From the NCBI GenBank assembly GCA_012295275.1, contig CM022679.1, positions 11,842,001 to 11,906,000 on the forward strand: DNA of 64,000 nucleotides, in the 5' to 3' direction. A program made the translations under genes and the position numbers. This stretch comes from Chrysomallon squamiferum. Its lineage: Eukaryota; Animalia; Mollusca. Below the pieces are notes generated by a model that made no database searches, was not told the origin of the DNA, and was given only the letters and a program-made list of their open reading frames with translations. Positions 1 through 14,012 of the stretch are shown one piece after another (within the stretch, counting starts at the first letter, position 1; every line of letters begins with the position of its first letter).

Positions 1-375
1 TTTGCATTTTTGTTATTACAATACCTTTTATATGGTTGTTGCATTTTTTTAGTGATTATATAAAGATAGTGAATTTGTTTTATCGGCAATAGTCCATTAT
101 TTATACCTTTTACATCTACCAGCTAGTTAGTTAGGGATCTGCTTATTAAAAGAGCTGTATTTGGTTGTAACATTAAGTCATTGTGAATGCAAGAAAAACC
201 CAATATGAATGTTTTCATACCAAGATGAATGTTTCCTGAATGTGGAAGAGCAGTAGTGAGATCAGTGTTTACCCTTTTACTGCATAGATTACTTACTGAT
301 CACAAAATACTGTCCAGTAAAGATAAAGAAGTGTATTTTGAATTTTGTTATTATTATTTGTCTTTTAATTTTCAG

Positions 376-3300
376 ATACAAATCTGTGTACAAATTGCAG
401 TGGACATGGCTCTTGTCAGATGGTAAATCATGAACCTTTTTGCACATGTGATACAGGTAATGTGATGGTGTATTATAATAAGTAAACAGTGTTTAATTAA
501 ATAAAACTTTAGCCATACGTTAAATATATTTGATCTAATAAATTGTTCTATTAAATTATTATTGTATTTTCTCTTCAGGCTTTACTGGTCCTAATTGCAA
601 TCAAACCATTGATTTCTGTTCATCTAATCCATGTGAAAATGGTGGAATATGCAAATCAAATACAGATGGCTTAACTTGCAGTTGTCCATCAGGTAAACAA
701 TGTTGTTTTCTCAGAACAAATAAACACACTCCTACACAGACATGCACACAAACACACAGAGCATATATTTAGTATATTTTAACATACTTTTTGTTTCTCT
801 TAATTCTTTCTTTTTTTATAATTCAAGTTCACCATTTGTTTTCCACATCAATTTTATAGTTATGTTATTTACTGCATATTCATTTTGAGTTTATTCATTA
901 ATTTACATTCTTATGATTATTTTTTTATTTCCTGTAATTTGATTTAAATATAACTGTCTTTCATTGTATCAAAAGATTAATATGAAATGTAACTGTAAAA
1001 TTAAAACTTTTTTTCTAGCAACAAAATGTGTTGTTGTTCCACTGAATGGAAATTTTACTGCTTCGGAAGATAAACTACAGACGATATATCCTTTAAATGA
1101 TATTGAAACTTGCAAAAAAAATTGTGTACAAAGAAGTGACTGTAAAGTAGCTGCTTTTCAGGGGCAGCGTCAATTGTGTTTGTTATTCAATAAAATTCCA
1201 CCAATTCAAACATCTGGACATGAAATATATGACTGGCTTCAAAAACAATGTACCACAGAATTGTGTAAGTTATTTACATTATTGAAATGATATTTATCTG
1301 TTTAAATAGCAGATTATCTGCATAAAATATTTTGCTAAGAAATATATAATTGCTTAAATGCTAATCATTATGTTAAAAAATTACTTGCATTTATCTTTGC
1401 AATAATAAAGTTTTCTGGATGTTCTTGTAGTGTATCTGTTATTTAGTGTTCTTTGACTTTCACAAAATTGTTTAAATGTTTGTTAATGCAGAAGAAAATA
1501 GCTGTGTTGGGATTTTACAGCATGAAGGTTACTGCCAAATATTATTATTACCTTGGATTTAAGCAGTTTTTACAAATTAATCATATTTAATAATTTCACT
1601 TTTGTAAATATTCATTTCTTGCAAATGTTTGGATTGACAAAAATTCTATAGTGACTGATAATTGTTGAATATTATTTCTACATTATTTCAGCTAAAATAG
1701 GTACTTTTATTTAAATAATAACATTATGAAGTCAAAATAGAAAAGAAATAAAAATCATCATTTTCAGCTGTTGAAAATTTAAAAGAGTTGATAGGTAGTT
1801 GTAACATGGTATTATAATAATGGAGGTACAACATTCATATAAAATTAATTATCTTGAATTATGCATATAAATTAACAGGAAATAACTGAAATATCAAGTT
1901 TGGTTTTTATTTGAAAGAAATATTAATTAATTCTATGACACACATACATACATACACATGCATTTGGAATTACAGAAATTGATGAAAAAATGTATACCAT
2001 TCATTAATGATTGTCAATATTGATAATGACTATCCTTAAATGAGCTATTTTTGTTTTTAGTCTTTAATATGCTGAGTTTTTTGTATTTATAGTTGTTTTT
2101 TTTAAAGTGAATGGTAGAGCAGTGAATTTTTGATAGATATAATTAAAATATTGCACTGTTTGACTATAGTTTTTTTTGCTGGACAGCCTTTATATTATTT
2201 GATATTTTTTTCAGTATAATGTCATCATTAATTCATGTTTTTAGATTACAGTGGAACCTACTGTGAACAGGATCTTCGTAATGACTGTACAAATACTTCA
2301 TGTAGTGAACCAGACATGTGTATGGATCTTATTAATGACACTAAGTGTATCTGCCCAAAAACTGGAGGATATTCTGGCTGGAGGTATAAAACCACTGACA
2401 AAATACTGTCTAGACTAATGGACTTTTAAACAGTTTATATTAGTAATTCAGAACAATACATAATTTCATCCTTCTGTTTGATGATTAATTAATATCTTTC
2501 ACTATCTTTATATGTCTGTAATAAAAAGATACTGCTACTATTTGTAGCATCATAACATGTTGTTATGTTCTCTGACTTCAGGTGTGAGAAGAATTCAGAA
2601 CTCTGCAATCCAAACCCTTGTTTACATGGAACATGTGTTGCTTATGAGGATGTACGCTACCAGTGTGTATGTGAAGAAGGATTCACTGGAACACACTGTG
2701 AAACTAATATTGGTATGTGTATGTGCATGTTAATTTATTTAAAATTGTATTCATATTTGTAGTTGAATACTCTATAATTATGATGTTGTGTGGTTGTCAG
2801 TTTTAGTGTTTATTACACTGATATATTGATCCTTTCACAACATTTTGCTTCATGCATCTTTTACTGTTTTTCAAATCGAATGATTAAAATGTGTGTGTCT
2901 GTGTTTTGTGTGTGTGTGTGGGAGTGTGTGTGTGTGTTACTTTATTTTCAAAAGATGGAATTGTGAAGAAAAAAAGTGAATTAGTATGATACCAAGATTA
3001 GTGAATGAGTTTCTTGCATATGAATTTTAAATGTCAGTTCAGGAATTTATGTTTCATCAAATCTTTGGTCATCTGTTAGCATACTTTGAGGGTTATTAAA
3101 GAAGACTGTCCGTTATTTTAGATGTTATTATCAGATTGTAAATTTTGGAATAAATATTTTTAAAATTAATATTATTAAATTATTTTTTTCTGCTTACTGT
3201 ACATAGATTCACTATTTTAATTTCATATCTGGTTGTAACTAATGAATAAAATGCTTATCATTTTTGAATTTTATTGCTCATTACAGATGAATGTAATATA

Positions 3301-6300
3301 AACTCCAAAGGCTGTCTTTATGGAGGGCAGTGTGTTGATGGTGTTAATAAATATACATGTAACTGTCTGAATGGATTTGAAGGTACACACTGTGAAGAAC
3401 CCAAGGTATTCTGTGAAGATACTGTGTGTATCGGAGGTCTCTGTCTCAATGACTATGACATTAATAGTGCTGTGTGTATTTGTGAAGATCCATATGAACA
3501 GGGTGAGTTTGATAAAAATGTACTGGAATTGTTTGATAATATATAAGAGGATTTTTCTTTCTTTTGATGATTTTGCAATCTATAGATCCACAATCTCTTC
3601 TCAAAATGTTTAATACAGTATGTATGCATGCATGAATGTATGTTTGTATATATGTATGCATGAATGTATGTTTGTATATATGTGTGCATGTATGGTGCAA
3701 ATTTATTTGTTTATGCAATATGCATACATGTTTTATGGTAAAATAGTTTTGCATTTTTGTTGCTTTTTATCCAATAATTTTATTAATCACTTTTATGTTT
3801 TTTGCTATAATTTAGCTGATGCAGCTACACAATGTCAAAAAGTTAATCATTGTGAAACCAACAACTGTGTCACAAATAACACAGATAAATGTGAAGACAG
3901 TGTTACTGGGTTTAACTGTAACTGTAAATCAGGCTTTGAAGGATCTCTTTGTCAGCATGACGTAGATGACTGTGCTGCTGATCCTTGTGCTCATGGGAAA
4001 TGTGAAGATCTCCATGAAAATTATACATGTAGCTGTGATGAAGGCTGGGAAGGTAATTTTTAATACTATTTCTTAAAAATAATTGAATGTTAACATACTT
4101 ATGAATTCAGCGATATTTATTTAATTGATACATTGTATTTGTTCACTCTTAGGGAGAGTCCAGTTTTCTTCTCTACATTTATGATATAAATGATGAATAA
4201 TTTTAATCTTCAAACATAATGGAAATTAAGAAATAAATAAGATCAAATGATAATGAGTTTTAAAATATTTATTATGATAAATGGATAACTATTAATTTTT
4301 ATATGAAAATACTTAATGATGCCAGTCTCTGAATCACAAAGAACATCCTATTAAAAAGTTTTTCTGTCTCATTAGTACAAAAATCAGACATCTCCACCTC
4401 CCAAATTGAAAGCTGACAAACAGATAAGAATAGTGGATACTTCCAGTAGTAGTGACACATGGTGTGAGATAGAAATGAAAACTTGATCATACTGGTTTGA
4501 AATTTGTGAATATTAAATTGTTTTGACTGACTAATATATGGGATAAATTGTCACATTTAATAAAAATGAGAAGAGCCTAATGGGGCTATATTCATTTAGT
4601 TCCTCATTTCTTTATATCATGGTCTTCAACCCACCCCAAAAACAAGAAGAAACAACACATATAGTTTAAACCTAGTGGCTTAAATTATGGAATAAAATTA
4701 AAATATAAGTGTGCTAGTCAGTGTTTAGTAAACTGTTAATGTTCTACTAGTGGTATGTTTTTGTTTTTAAAGCCATAGTTGATGGAAGTATTTTATCTTT
4801 CCTTTATCTTTTAAGTTACAGCTTGTTGCAGTTTAATAGTAAAATACTGGATTTTATTAATAGAGATAATAAAATAAACTTTTATCCTTTGTTAGTCCTG
4901 AACTTAAATTAGGTACAGCAAATTATTAATTAAATAATGGAAATATCATTATTTAGGCCAAAAACGTGAGTAGCACACCTGGTTAAAAAAAAACAGCAAC
5001 AAAAAAAAAAAGAAAAAAAAAAGTAAGAAATCACAAGTACTAATAATACAAATGGTAGCTATATAGGGAATAATGGCTTTAAAATTATCAAAGGTGAGTG
5101 CTGTTTTGGTAATGTTTTTAAATAATAAACCTGAATATCCCTGTGTTATGTACTTTCCCATCACTGGCAATACATCATCTAAAATAACATGATGCAAATG
5201 TAGCTTAATAGAAAAAAATGCTAATTCCAAAAGATTTATGAACCAAAGGTTCCAGAAAATCAATAGTGTACCTTTATCAGAAATATTATTCACAATGAAT
5301 TAAGTCTGTATTTGAGATCATAAAGATTACTGTTATTATTATTATTATATTATCATTTTAAATACTTTTGTTTGAATTATAAAAGGCAGTAATAAGTTAA
5401 GTCATTGCTTTTAACTTAGGATACGAGCAGTGATTTCTTAAGCTGCTGGCCAGTTTAAAGTGAACTATTAATGTGATTTAATACTTTATGCAGGTCCTAA
5501 CTGTGATAGAAACAAGGATGATTGCCATTGTGAAAGCAGCAGCACAGAAAACTGTACAGACCTTTTAAATGACTATATCTGTTTATGCAAGTCTGGATAC
5601 ACAGGGAAAAACTGTAGTGTATGTATTTTGCTAATATGTTAAAGTACTTACATTTAATTTATAATGCAGATTTAAGTGCTTTGTAAATTGTATATGTTAG
5701 AATTCTTAATGCTTTATGTTTGTTTAGGTAATTTTTGCATATCTAGAAGAATTCTTTGATAAATATTATTATTATATTTTATACTCTTAATAATACTCTG
5801 AAATAATTTTTAGTTTTACCCAATTATAATATAATACAAATTACATTATGTTCACTCAGTCAAATCTGTCCTTCACCTAATTGGATTTTATTTATATTTT
5901 CTACCCTTTAAGCATCTCCAGAGATGATTATATTTAAGAATTTTGGTATCTTAATTTTAAATATTTCTTTTGAGAAAACTATAAATGCATTTTAAATGTG
6001 TTTTGTTTATTTTTTAAAAGAATGCCATTGATGAATGTCTGTCTCAACCATGTCGACATGGAGGTAACTGCACTGATCTTGATAATGATTTTAAATGTGA
6101 CTGTGCAATGGGTTGGACTGGAAAAACTTGTGAAGATCCAGACAGCTTTTGTAATGATACAACCTGCTCCTATAACGGCCAATGTTACAATCTCCAGGAT
6201 ACTTTTTACTGCAGGTATCATTAATCAACTAATAATTATACTCAGAATATGAAGACATTTTTCCTGAAAATACAAAATTAAAATAATTTTTTTTTTTTTA

Positions 6301-7512
6301 TAAACCATAATGTATCATAAAATGTCACTATTAATTATTTGACATGTTTTATCCCTGAATAAAAATTATATTTGACATTTAGTCTTGTGAATGTACTGTG
6401 TAATTGTTCAAAGGTAGTGTTCTAAAAAACTAAAGAGATGAAACTGATATAAATTACTTTAATTAAATTGTTAAAAATAGGATTTAATCATTTTTATATA
6501 AATGAAGTTGCAATTGTTTTCCAGTTGTTCACCTGGAACTCAGGGTGAACATTGTGAAACATCCCCTTTGGTTTGTTCACATATTGATCCATGCACAAAT
6601 AATGGACACTGCAATGAAACTATTGGAACTGCCTATTGCACATGTCATCAAAGTGAGTAGAGAAGACAGCAGCTGTTTTGCTTAATACGTAAAACAATTT
6701 TTAAATAAGCTTTTTGTTGACATTTATTTTTAGATGGTCATAATTTTTTATTCATAATAATAATAGAAAAACAAAAATTAAATTATGACATAGTCCAGTC
6801 ACAATGGTCAGTGGTTTATTTTTTAATTTATTTTTTTAAACATAGTCACATCATTCTATATCATTCATTGATAAACGAGTTTCTTGTTTATTAAAAATTA
6901 CATCAAAATGATCAACTATGATAAATAAAATAATGTTAAACAAATAAATAAAATATCAAATGTAATAATAACACTTCACATAATATTTCTCTCAATAATT
7001 TTGTAGATTATACTGGTGTATCCTGTCAGCTGATTCAAGATTCATGTTCTTCAAATCCTTGCAGTCCAGGAGGAGACTGTGTTACAGAAAATATTGGTTA
7101 TAAATGTGTATGTTCTGAGGGTGAGTATCATGAAAAGAGTTTGATTATATTTTTTTGGTATTCTAACTATATAAAAAATATTGAATGAATATTTTGAATC
7201 AGAAAAACAATAATTAATTAACATAACACTTACTTTGAATTGAATCAGATTCAGCACAGACTTATGCATAAAAGTTCTGCAAATGATGAAACTGATATAT
7301 GGATTAATCTTGATGATTCATTTGCTTTTACTTAAATCTCCTTTCTGTTATGTTACAACATAATTCAGGCTACCAAGGAGTTAACTGTGATCAGATGGTA
7401 CCACTGTGTGATAACAAAACCTATCCAGCTTCACAAAGCTGTGAGTTTGATGAAAGAAACAAGTACTGTCTGTGTCCAGCTGGACAAGTCCCTGTAGGGA
7501 ACCAGTGTAAAG
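376..7512 (+). CDS. EGF-repeat exons (~14 EGF or cbEGF-like modules)
   Basis: Exons 376-456, 579-692, 2245-2383, 2582-2712, 3287-3502, 3816-4052, 5494-5618, 6021-6214, 6525-6652, 7007-7120, 7369-7512. Examples: IDECLSQPCRHGGNCTDLDNDFKCDCAMGWTGKTCE and DVDDCAADPCAHGKCEDLHENYTCSCDEGWEG. Confidence 0.93.
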
Positions 7513-10500
7513 GTATACATCAATTTTAACATTTTATGAATCATGTTCTCATTATATTGTTTTGCATTTGAAAGATTTAATTTGTCTGTAGAGTCAGATT
7601 TTGTCAACTATTATATAGATGTAGTGAATTTGTCCTGTGTGTCAGTAATAATTTGGTCAGAGGTATATTGAGTTGACTGTATTTTCTGTACTTTGACCTT
7701 ATAAAATCTGGGGTTTTATGTGCTATATAGTATTTTTTTTGTTTATAGCACATTTTAAATTTACATCTCTGTTCTTTGGTAATTCTGATCTTTTGGTACT
7801 GAGGATAATGCATTCAAGTGGAATTTTTAATTAAGAACTTGTCACAGTGTTACAGTATGTTAGCACAAATACTTAGTTTTTAAAATTCAGTAAATTAATT
7901 ATTTTTTTTATATTTAACATAGAATTTTGTTTGTTATAGCAGGAAATTTTAAATTTACATCTATGTTCTTTTGTAATTCTTGTCTTCTGGTACTGAGAAT
8001 AATGCATTCAAGTGGATTTTATTATGAACTTGTCACAGAGCTGCAGTATCTTAGCACAAATAGTTAGTTTTCAAAATTCTGTTATTTAGATAACAAATGT
8101 TTTGGGCACATTAAACAACAAACAAAATTTCTCTGTTGTTACAGTGTATATTTGGATAAAATATCCTTTAATAAAACTGATCTAATTGGGTCTCATATAC
8201 CTTTTGCCAAATTACCTGGCTGTTTTTAATTACTATTATTATTATTATTATTATTATTTTAAATAAATTAGACATAGATAAAATTTAAGTTTATTTTAAA
8301 AGTAATATATTAATTATTTTTCATTATTTTGGCAGAAATTGAAAATAATCTTTATTTTATCAATGGATTCAAAAATGATATTAGCTTTAGTTAAAAATAA
8401 TTTGGAATTAAAAAAGGAAAAGAAAGAAGATTAACTGTTATCATGGAGAATACATTCTTTGACATTTTAAACACATTTTTATTTTACAGATGGATCAAAT
8501 GATTTTGACTTATGGTTTGACAAACGCTTGAGTTCTGATGAAGTTCTATCAAGTCAGCCTTTTAAATTTAATAGTCTTGGGAACTTGACAGTGATGTTTT
8601 GGATTGGTCTTTTGACTAACATATCCAGTGGATCAGTTTTCAGGATCCAAAACAAGTATATATCTTCATTTAATTACCATGAATACAGTATAACAATGGT
8701 GGGTGTGGATGATGATTTTAAATAGATATAAAAATTAATTAAGTCAACAGACTTGCATCTTTATTTCCCTTTTTATATCTTTGTGAAGTTGCTCAACCAA
8801 ACTATTGTTTGATATATCAGTTGAAATATTGTTGATGTATCAAGAATAATACTTTACAATGCAAATGTTTAACTTTCTGTAACATTCAGTAGATGCCAGC
8901 AATTAGTTAAAAGGATAAAATCACAAAAGATGCACCATTTTGACAAACAAAAGCCTAAGAATAAATATTTTGATTCAAATACAGTAAAATGCACAATTTA
9001 TCATTTCTAAAACATTAAAAGCATACTGCTGGTAAATAACTATTTTATTTTCTTGTTTGACAGCTCATTTTGACAATCACATAAAAAGAATGTTTTTTCA
9101 GTGCAACAGATTGTGCTGACTTTGGTACCATGATATCACCTAAACTGTAATGATTTTTGTCATATACAAAATGTCATGTTTGGTTTGCATTGATTAGATT
9201 ATGTCTTATTTCTCATGTCAAATCATATGCTTTCTACCAATTAAATGCAGTTAAATATATCAGTCACAAATTGTTTCACTTTGTTTTATTTGTTTTTGAC
9301 AGCCTAATTTTACTTCTGAGATATCAGATTATGCTATCAAATGTGGTTGGTCATGTAATGCTTGACACATTCCATTAACAGTATCTTTGCCAAAACAGTA
9401 TTTTTCAATAAATCTCAAATCATTTCCCCAGCAATCCAGCCAGAACGTTCATGCCATTATCTCTCTCAGAAAATTAACAATTAGAAACTGGATTTTATAT
9501 TTGAGTGGAAAGATTATGTCTTAGACTAATTGATTAGGACAAAACAAAAATAACATTTATTAATCATGATTTCTTTAAGATAGGAAATAAAAAGTGGAAA
9601 AAAAGGTATTATATATTCAAGGCAAAAGTTACTTAATTATTAAATTATTTTAATTATAAAATATAATAATTTGTTTTGTTCCTTTTTGGTTTCATATTAT
9701 ATTGTAATAAGTTGATTGGTAGAACACTAACCTGAAATGAGACTGGTTGCAGGATAAACACTCCTTTGCACTCCAGTATTTCTCTTTCAAGACAATGTTT
9801 AATTACTGATAAATTAAAGCCTATGATATATGCTGTCTTGATTGTGGGAAGTTGTATATAAAATAACTGTTACTGCCAACTGAAAAATACTTGCTCATTG
9901 CATGATTATAGATGGTTTTCTATCTAATTATCTGTGTAGACCTTAACACATATACACACACAGACACACAGACACACATACAAACACACACAGAGGGAGA
10001 GAGAGAGCTAAACAAATTAAAATTGTGTTGCTTAAATGATTTATTTTATAGCATAATGTCTAAAAGTCTGGGGGTTTTCCCCAAAACTATTATACTGATT
10101 TTTATATTGATTTTTTTTTTTTCCAGCATCAATGAAGCCAACATTTTTGAAGTTATGACTGACAAAATAATCTTTTTGAATAAGACTTTTTCAATGTCAC
10201 ATGTACAATCAGGAAAATGGAATCACATTGCAGTAACCTGGCAATCAGATGGAAAATACAAACTTATTGTTAATGGCATCATAACTGAATCTGGTACAAA
10301 ACCTCTTTCATTAAATAACCAGTAAGTACATAATAATGATTTTAATGTGATAATAATTTTTGTTTTATAATAAACAATTTGCTTTTTAAGTAAAAGTCAT
10401 ATTGATTTTACAAAAAAAAAAATAAATAAATAAACAAAAACAAAAAATTAACAATTAATAAAAAAATAAATTAAAAAAATAAAATATATGAATAAATAAT

Positions 10501-13500
10501 TAAGATACGGTAAAATAAATAAATAAAACAACAAAAACAAAAACAACAAAAACTAAAGTAAATATAAATAGTTAAAAAAGTAAAAATTCACAGGATGTAT
10601 GTATGTATGTATGTATGTTATTACTGTTATCTTGTCAGTATGATTATATGTTTAATCTGTAGTTTTTATGCTATGATAATAAAATATAATAATTAAAGTT
10701 AATAGCAGATGATATGTTTTGTGTTTATAATGTTTAGGTCTGTAACATGTACATTTTGAAAGTTTAGGATGTTCATAAAATTGTTTTGAAATTCAGTGCT
10801 GAATGGAATTCAGTAATAAGTTTGTTGGTTTATTTTCTTTTCTTAAATTGTAATATTTTGTCAAAAACATCAGCGAAAAACAACCTCCAGTATTATTTTT
10901 ATGTATAGACCTTTTCCTTTCTTAAGAAATGCATTATTAATATCATATTGAATTTTAACATTTAAATGTTTTTAGGCTTATGAGACTTGTGTTTGACAGC
11001 CAGTTCATGGGATACATATCACAGCTGACAGTATGGAGAGATGCTTTATCATACTTAGAAATACTTAAGTTCGTTTCAAAACCCACATATGTTCCTAAGT
11101 ATGATCTGGCATTTGGATGGTATGACCTCATTTTAACAAAATCTGCATGGAGATTAACACCTAGCTTGGCAAAGTCTGAAGAAAAACTTTGTAATGTTTC
11201 ACGTTATATGGACAAAACATGTGAAAATAAAATGGGTATGTTAATGGATCATCAATTCTAAATCTTTAGTTAAAACCTTCCACTTCGATATTGTTTATCC
11301 TACAAATGAAAGGTATTTTCAGTCTGCATCCAATAATTTTATATTTAACTGTAAGCTATTTGGTTCTATCAAAGGTATTTTAAAAATGTACTATGTATAA
11401 GACTATTTTTGGTTTTGGCTAATGTAAAGCAAATTATAACAGATTGTAATACATATCACATAATATAATTATCTTCTATTGGTAAAGCCCATTAATTTAC
11501 ATTATTGAAGCATAAAATATATACTTATTTCTTCATTATAATGATATAAAGAAACTTGTTTTATTTCATTCTCTTTTTTAAAATTCAGATAAGGTTAAAC
11601 CATCTGCTGACGGCTGCCCTACAACATCTGTGAATAGAGTAGTTAGTGAAAGAACAGTGGAAGTTAAAAATGTTGTTCCACAAATCAGCTTTGATAAAGA
11701 AGAAAAACTAACATCTCTTTCAAGTAAGAAAAATACAAACTATTGTTATATTGTCCTCTGTCTGTTAAATATGAGAAAATACAATGAAAAAACATGAGTT
11801 GCAGATGAACATATTATTATATATTCAGTATTTGTTAAATTACATGTTACTGGACATATTGCATATGTTGTTTAATTATCAAAGTAAACACAAATTTGCT
11901 AATAGAATAGTTTGTTTTATTGATACCACAGAAGGCTTTGTGTAATTATCTACTAATACACAAAGAAAGATAAATTATAAACAATTTAAATTGATGTAAT
12001 TTTATTTTTCTTGGTTTTGTTAAAAGATAAGTTATTGTTATTTTCATTCAAAAGGTGATCTGTTTACTTGGGGTGTTTATTCTGTCGTTTATGCTGCATT
12101 TGATCAAGAAAGGAATATTGGAGATTGTCGTTTCAAAGTTTATGTTAAAAGTAAGTAACCCTGATTAAAAAAGCATATATACAAAAATGTGTGTACCATT
12201 AGCAACAATATTTATTACTATAATATTCATCTCTTTTAGTGTGAAATAATAAGTTTTGTGAGATTTATTTGATGCATGTATCTGAATAGAAAAAGTGTTG
12301 TTTTTTTGCAAGTTGAAAAGGGGGGAATATATACTAATGAACTCAGAAAAACAAAAAGAAACAAAAAAGATAGTTCTTTATTTGTCGTTTTTTCTTCTTT
12401 TTTTAAAAATGATTATGAAATTATTAGTATTATGAATATATTGAAAATGTCTACCTCTAAGGTTGATTTTGCTGTTTTAATATAGATTTTTTCATGAGAA
12501 GAATGTTTTTGTAAAGGGAAAATATTTTATATTTTTGAATTTCTTATAATTTTATTTATATATATAGAACAAGACTGTAATGCTGCTGATGTCTATTCAT
12601 CAAGTCAGTTCTGTGATTCAACTAAAGGTGTTGAACATTTTTGTCCATCATCACAAAAACCATCAATACCATGGCCAAACATTATTAACTGTGGTGTTCT
12701 TGGGACATACAGCAGAAAAAATTTATTTGAGATGGCTGTTGAACCACCTTGTGGAGGTGAGTTGCATATTTTAAATATTAACTAACAAATTTCTTTTATG
12801 GACTACTCAGTGAATATATTTATTATTTTGTGAAAGTTAATATGTATCTAAAATATCTATTTGGTGTAATAAATTTTTGGTTCAGATTTAACTTTTTTTT
12901 ACCATAGACAAAATCATTCTTTTCAGTCTGGATTTAGACCTCTTTCTGAATTTGTACCACATATTTTATAAATTGTTAATAAACTAATGTTTATTAAATA
13001 TATCTCAAGCAGATATAGAAATTAAAAAAAATACCATGAAAGTTTTAAACATAAGTTAAATGAAAGTGTAAAAATAAAATAAAAGTATCATTCAATGGTG
13101 ATGACATGCTATTGTTTTTAGTTACCACTGATAAAATAGTTCAAAGGAAAAAGATTTTCTATAAATAATGCTTTTGTCTGATACTGATATATTGAATTGA
13201 ATTTAGCCAGATTTTGAAAAGTATGTCTGTTGATACTTAATTCAGTCAAAATTAACAATTATTATTTACCATCAAGCCTTTTGATACATTATGATTAATG
13301 GGTGACCATAATTATGTCTTTCAGTTTGTATCAGCAGATAGCATTAAAAGAATGGAAGAAAGAAAAAATTCATTTCTTATATTTATTCAAAAATAATTCT
13401 GAAAAATAACATTACAAATATTCAGTATAAAAGAAATTTGAGTTCATATAAATATAATTATTACACAAACACAAACACATACTAATATATTTTTTGTTAA

Positions 13501-13974
13501 TTATGTATCATGTTTTTTAAATTTAATTTGCTGTTTCTTTATTATATTTTTACAGAGACACAGATTCAGAAATTCACTGTTTCCATTAAGATAAAATATC
13601 ATATGCAACTTAAGTGTACTGCAGAGAAGGCAAATCTTCTTAAAGAAAAAGTTACATCAGCCTTGAAAACTCTTGGCTCCTCATGGAATGGTCTTACTAA
13701 TTTCTTATCAGTTTCTGCATCCTGCACAAATCCTCCATCAAATGATGTTTTAATTGAAGCAAAATTATCCAATTTGTTGTAAGAATATTTATGATTATTT
13801 ATGATTTTTGTAATTTTACATTAAAGAATATTTGAAAAATGATGCCGAAATGTTGTGGATGAACTATCTTTAGATGATATTTAGAGATCATGATAATATT
13901 GTATTATTTAAAAGGTTCTATAGTTTTGTATTTATTTATGTCTTATGAAAAAAGTAAAAATAAATAAATAAATT

Positions 13975-14012
<38 letters not shown>

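Noticed and set aside
3371-3754. Overlapping ORFs rich in H/T/Y/I/M/C/V
   Set aside because: Produced by (TATG)n-like low-complexity intron sequence or alternative frames of an EGF exon.
376-7512. Calling the gene Notch, Delta/Jagged or Crumbs from its EGF repeats
   Set aside because: No LNR, ankyrin or DSL domain is seen and the tail lacks the Crumbs ERLI end; downstream HYR and GCC2_GCC3 repeats point elsewhere.
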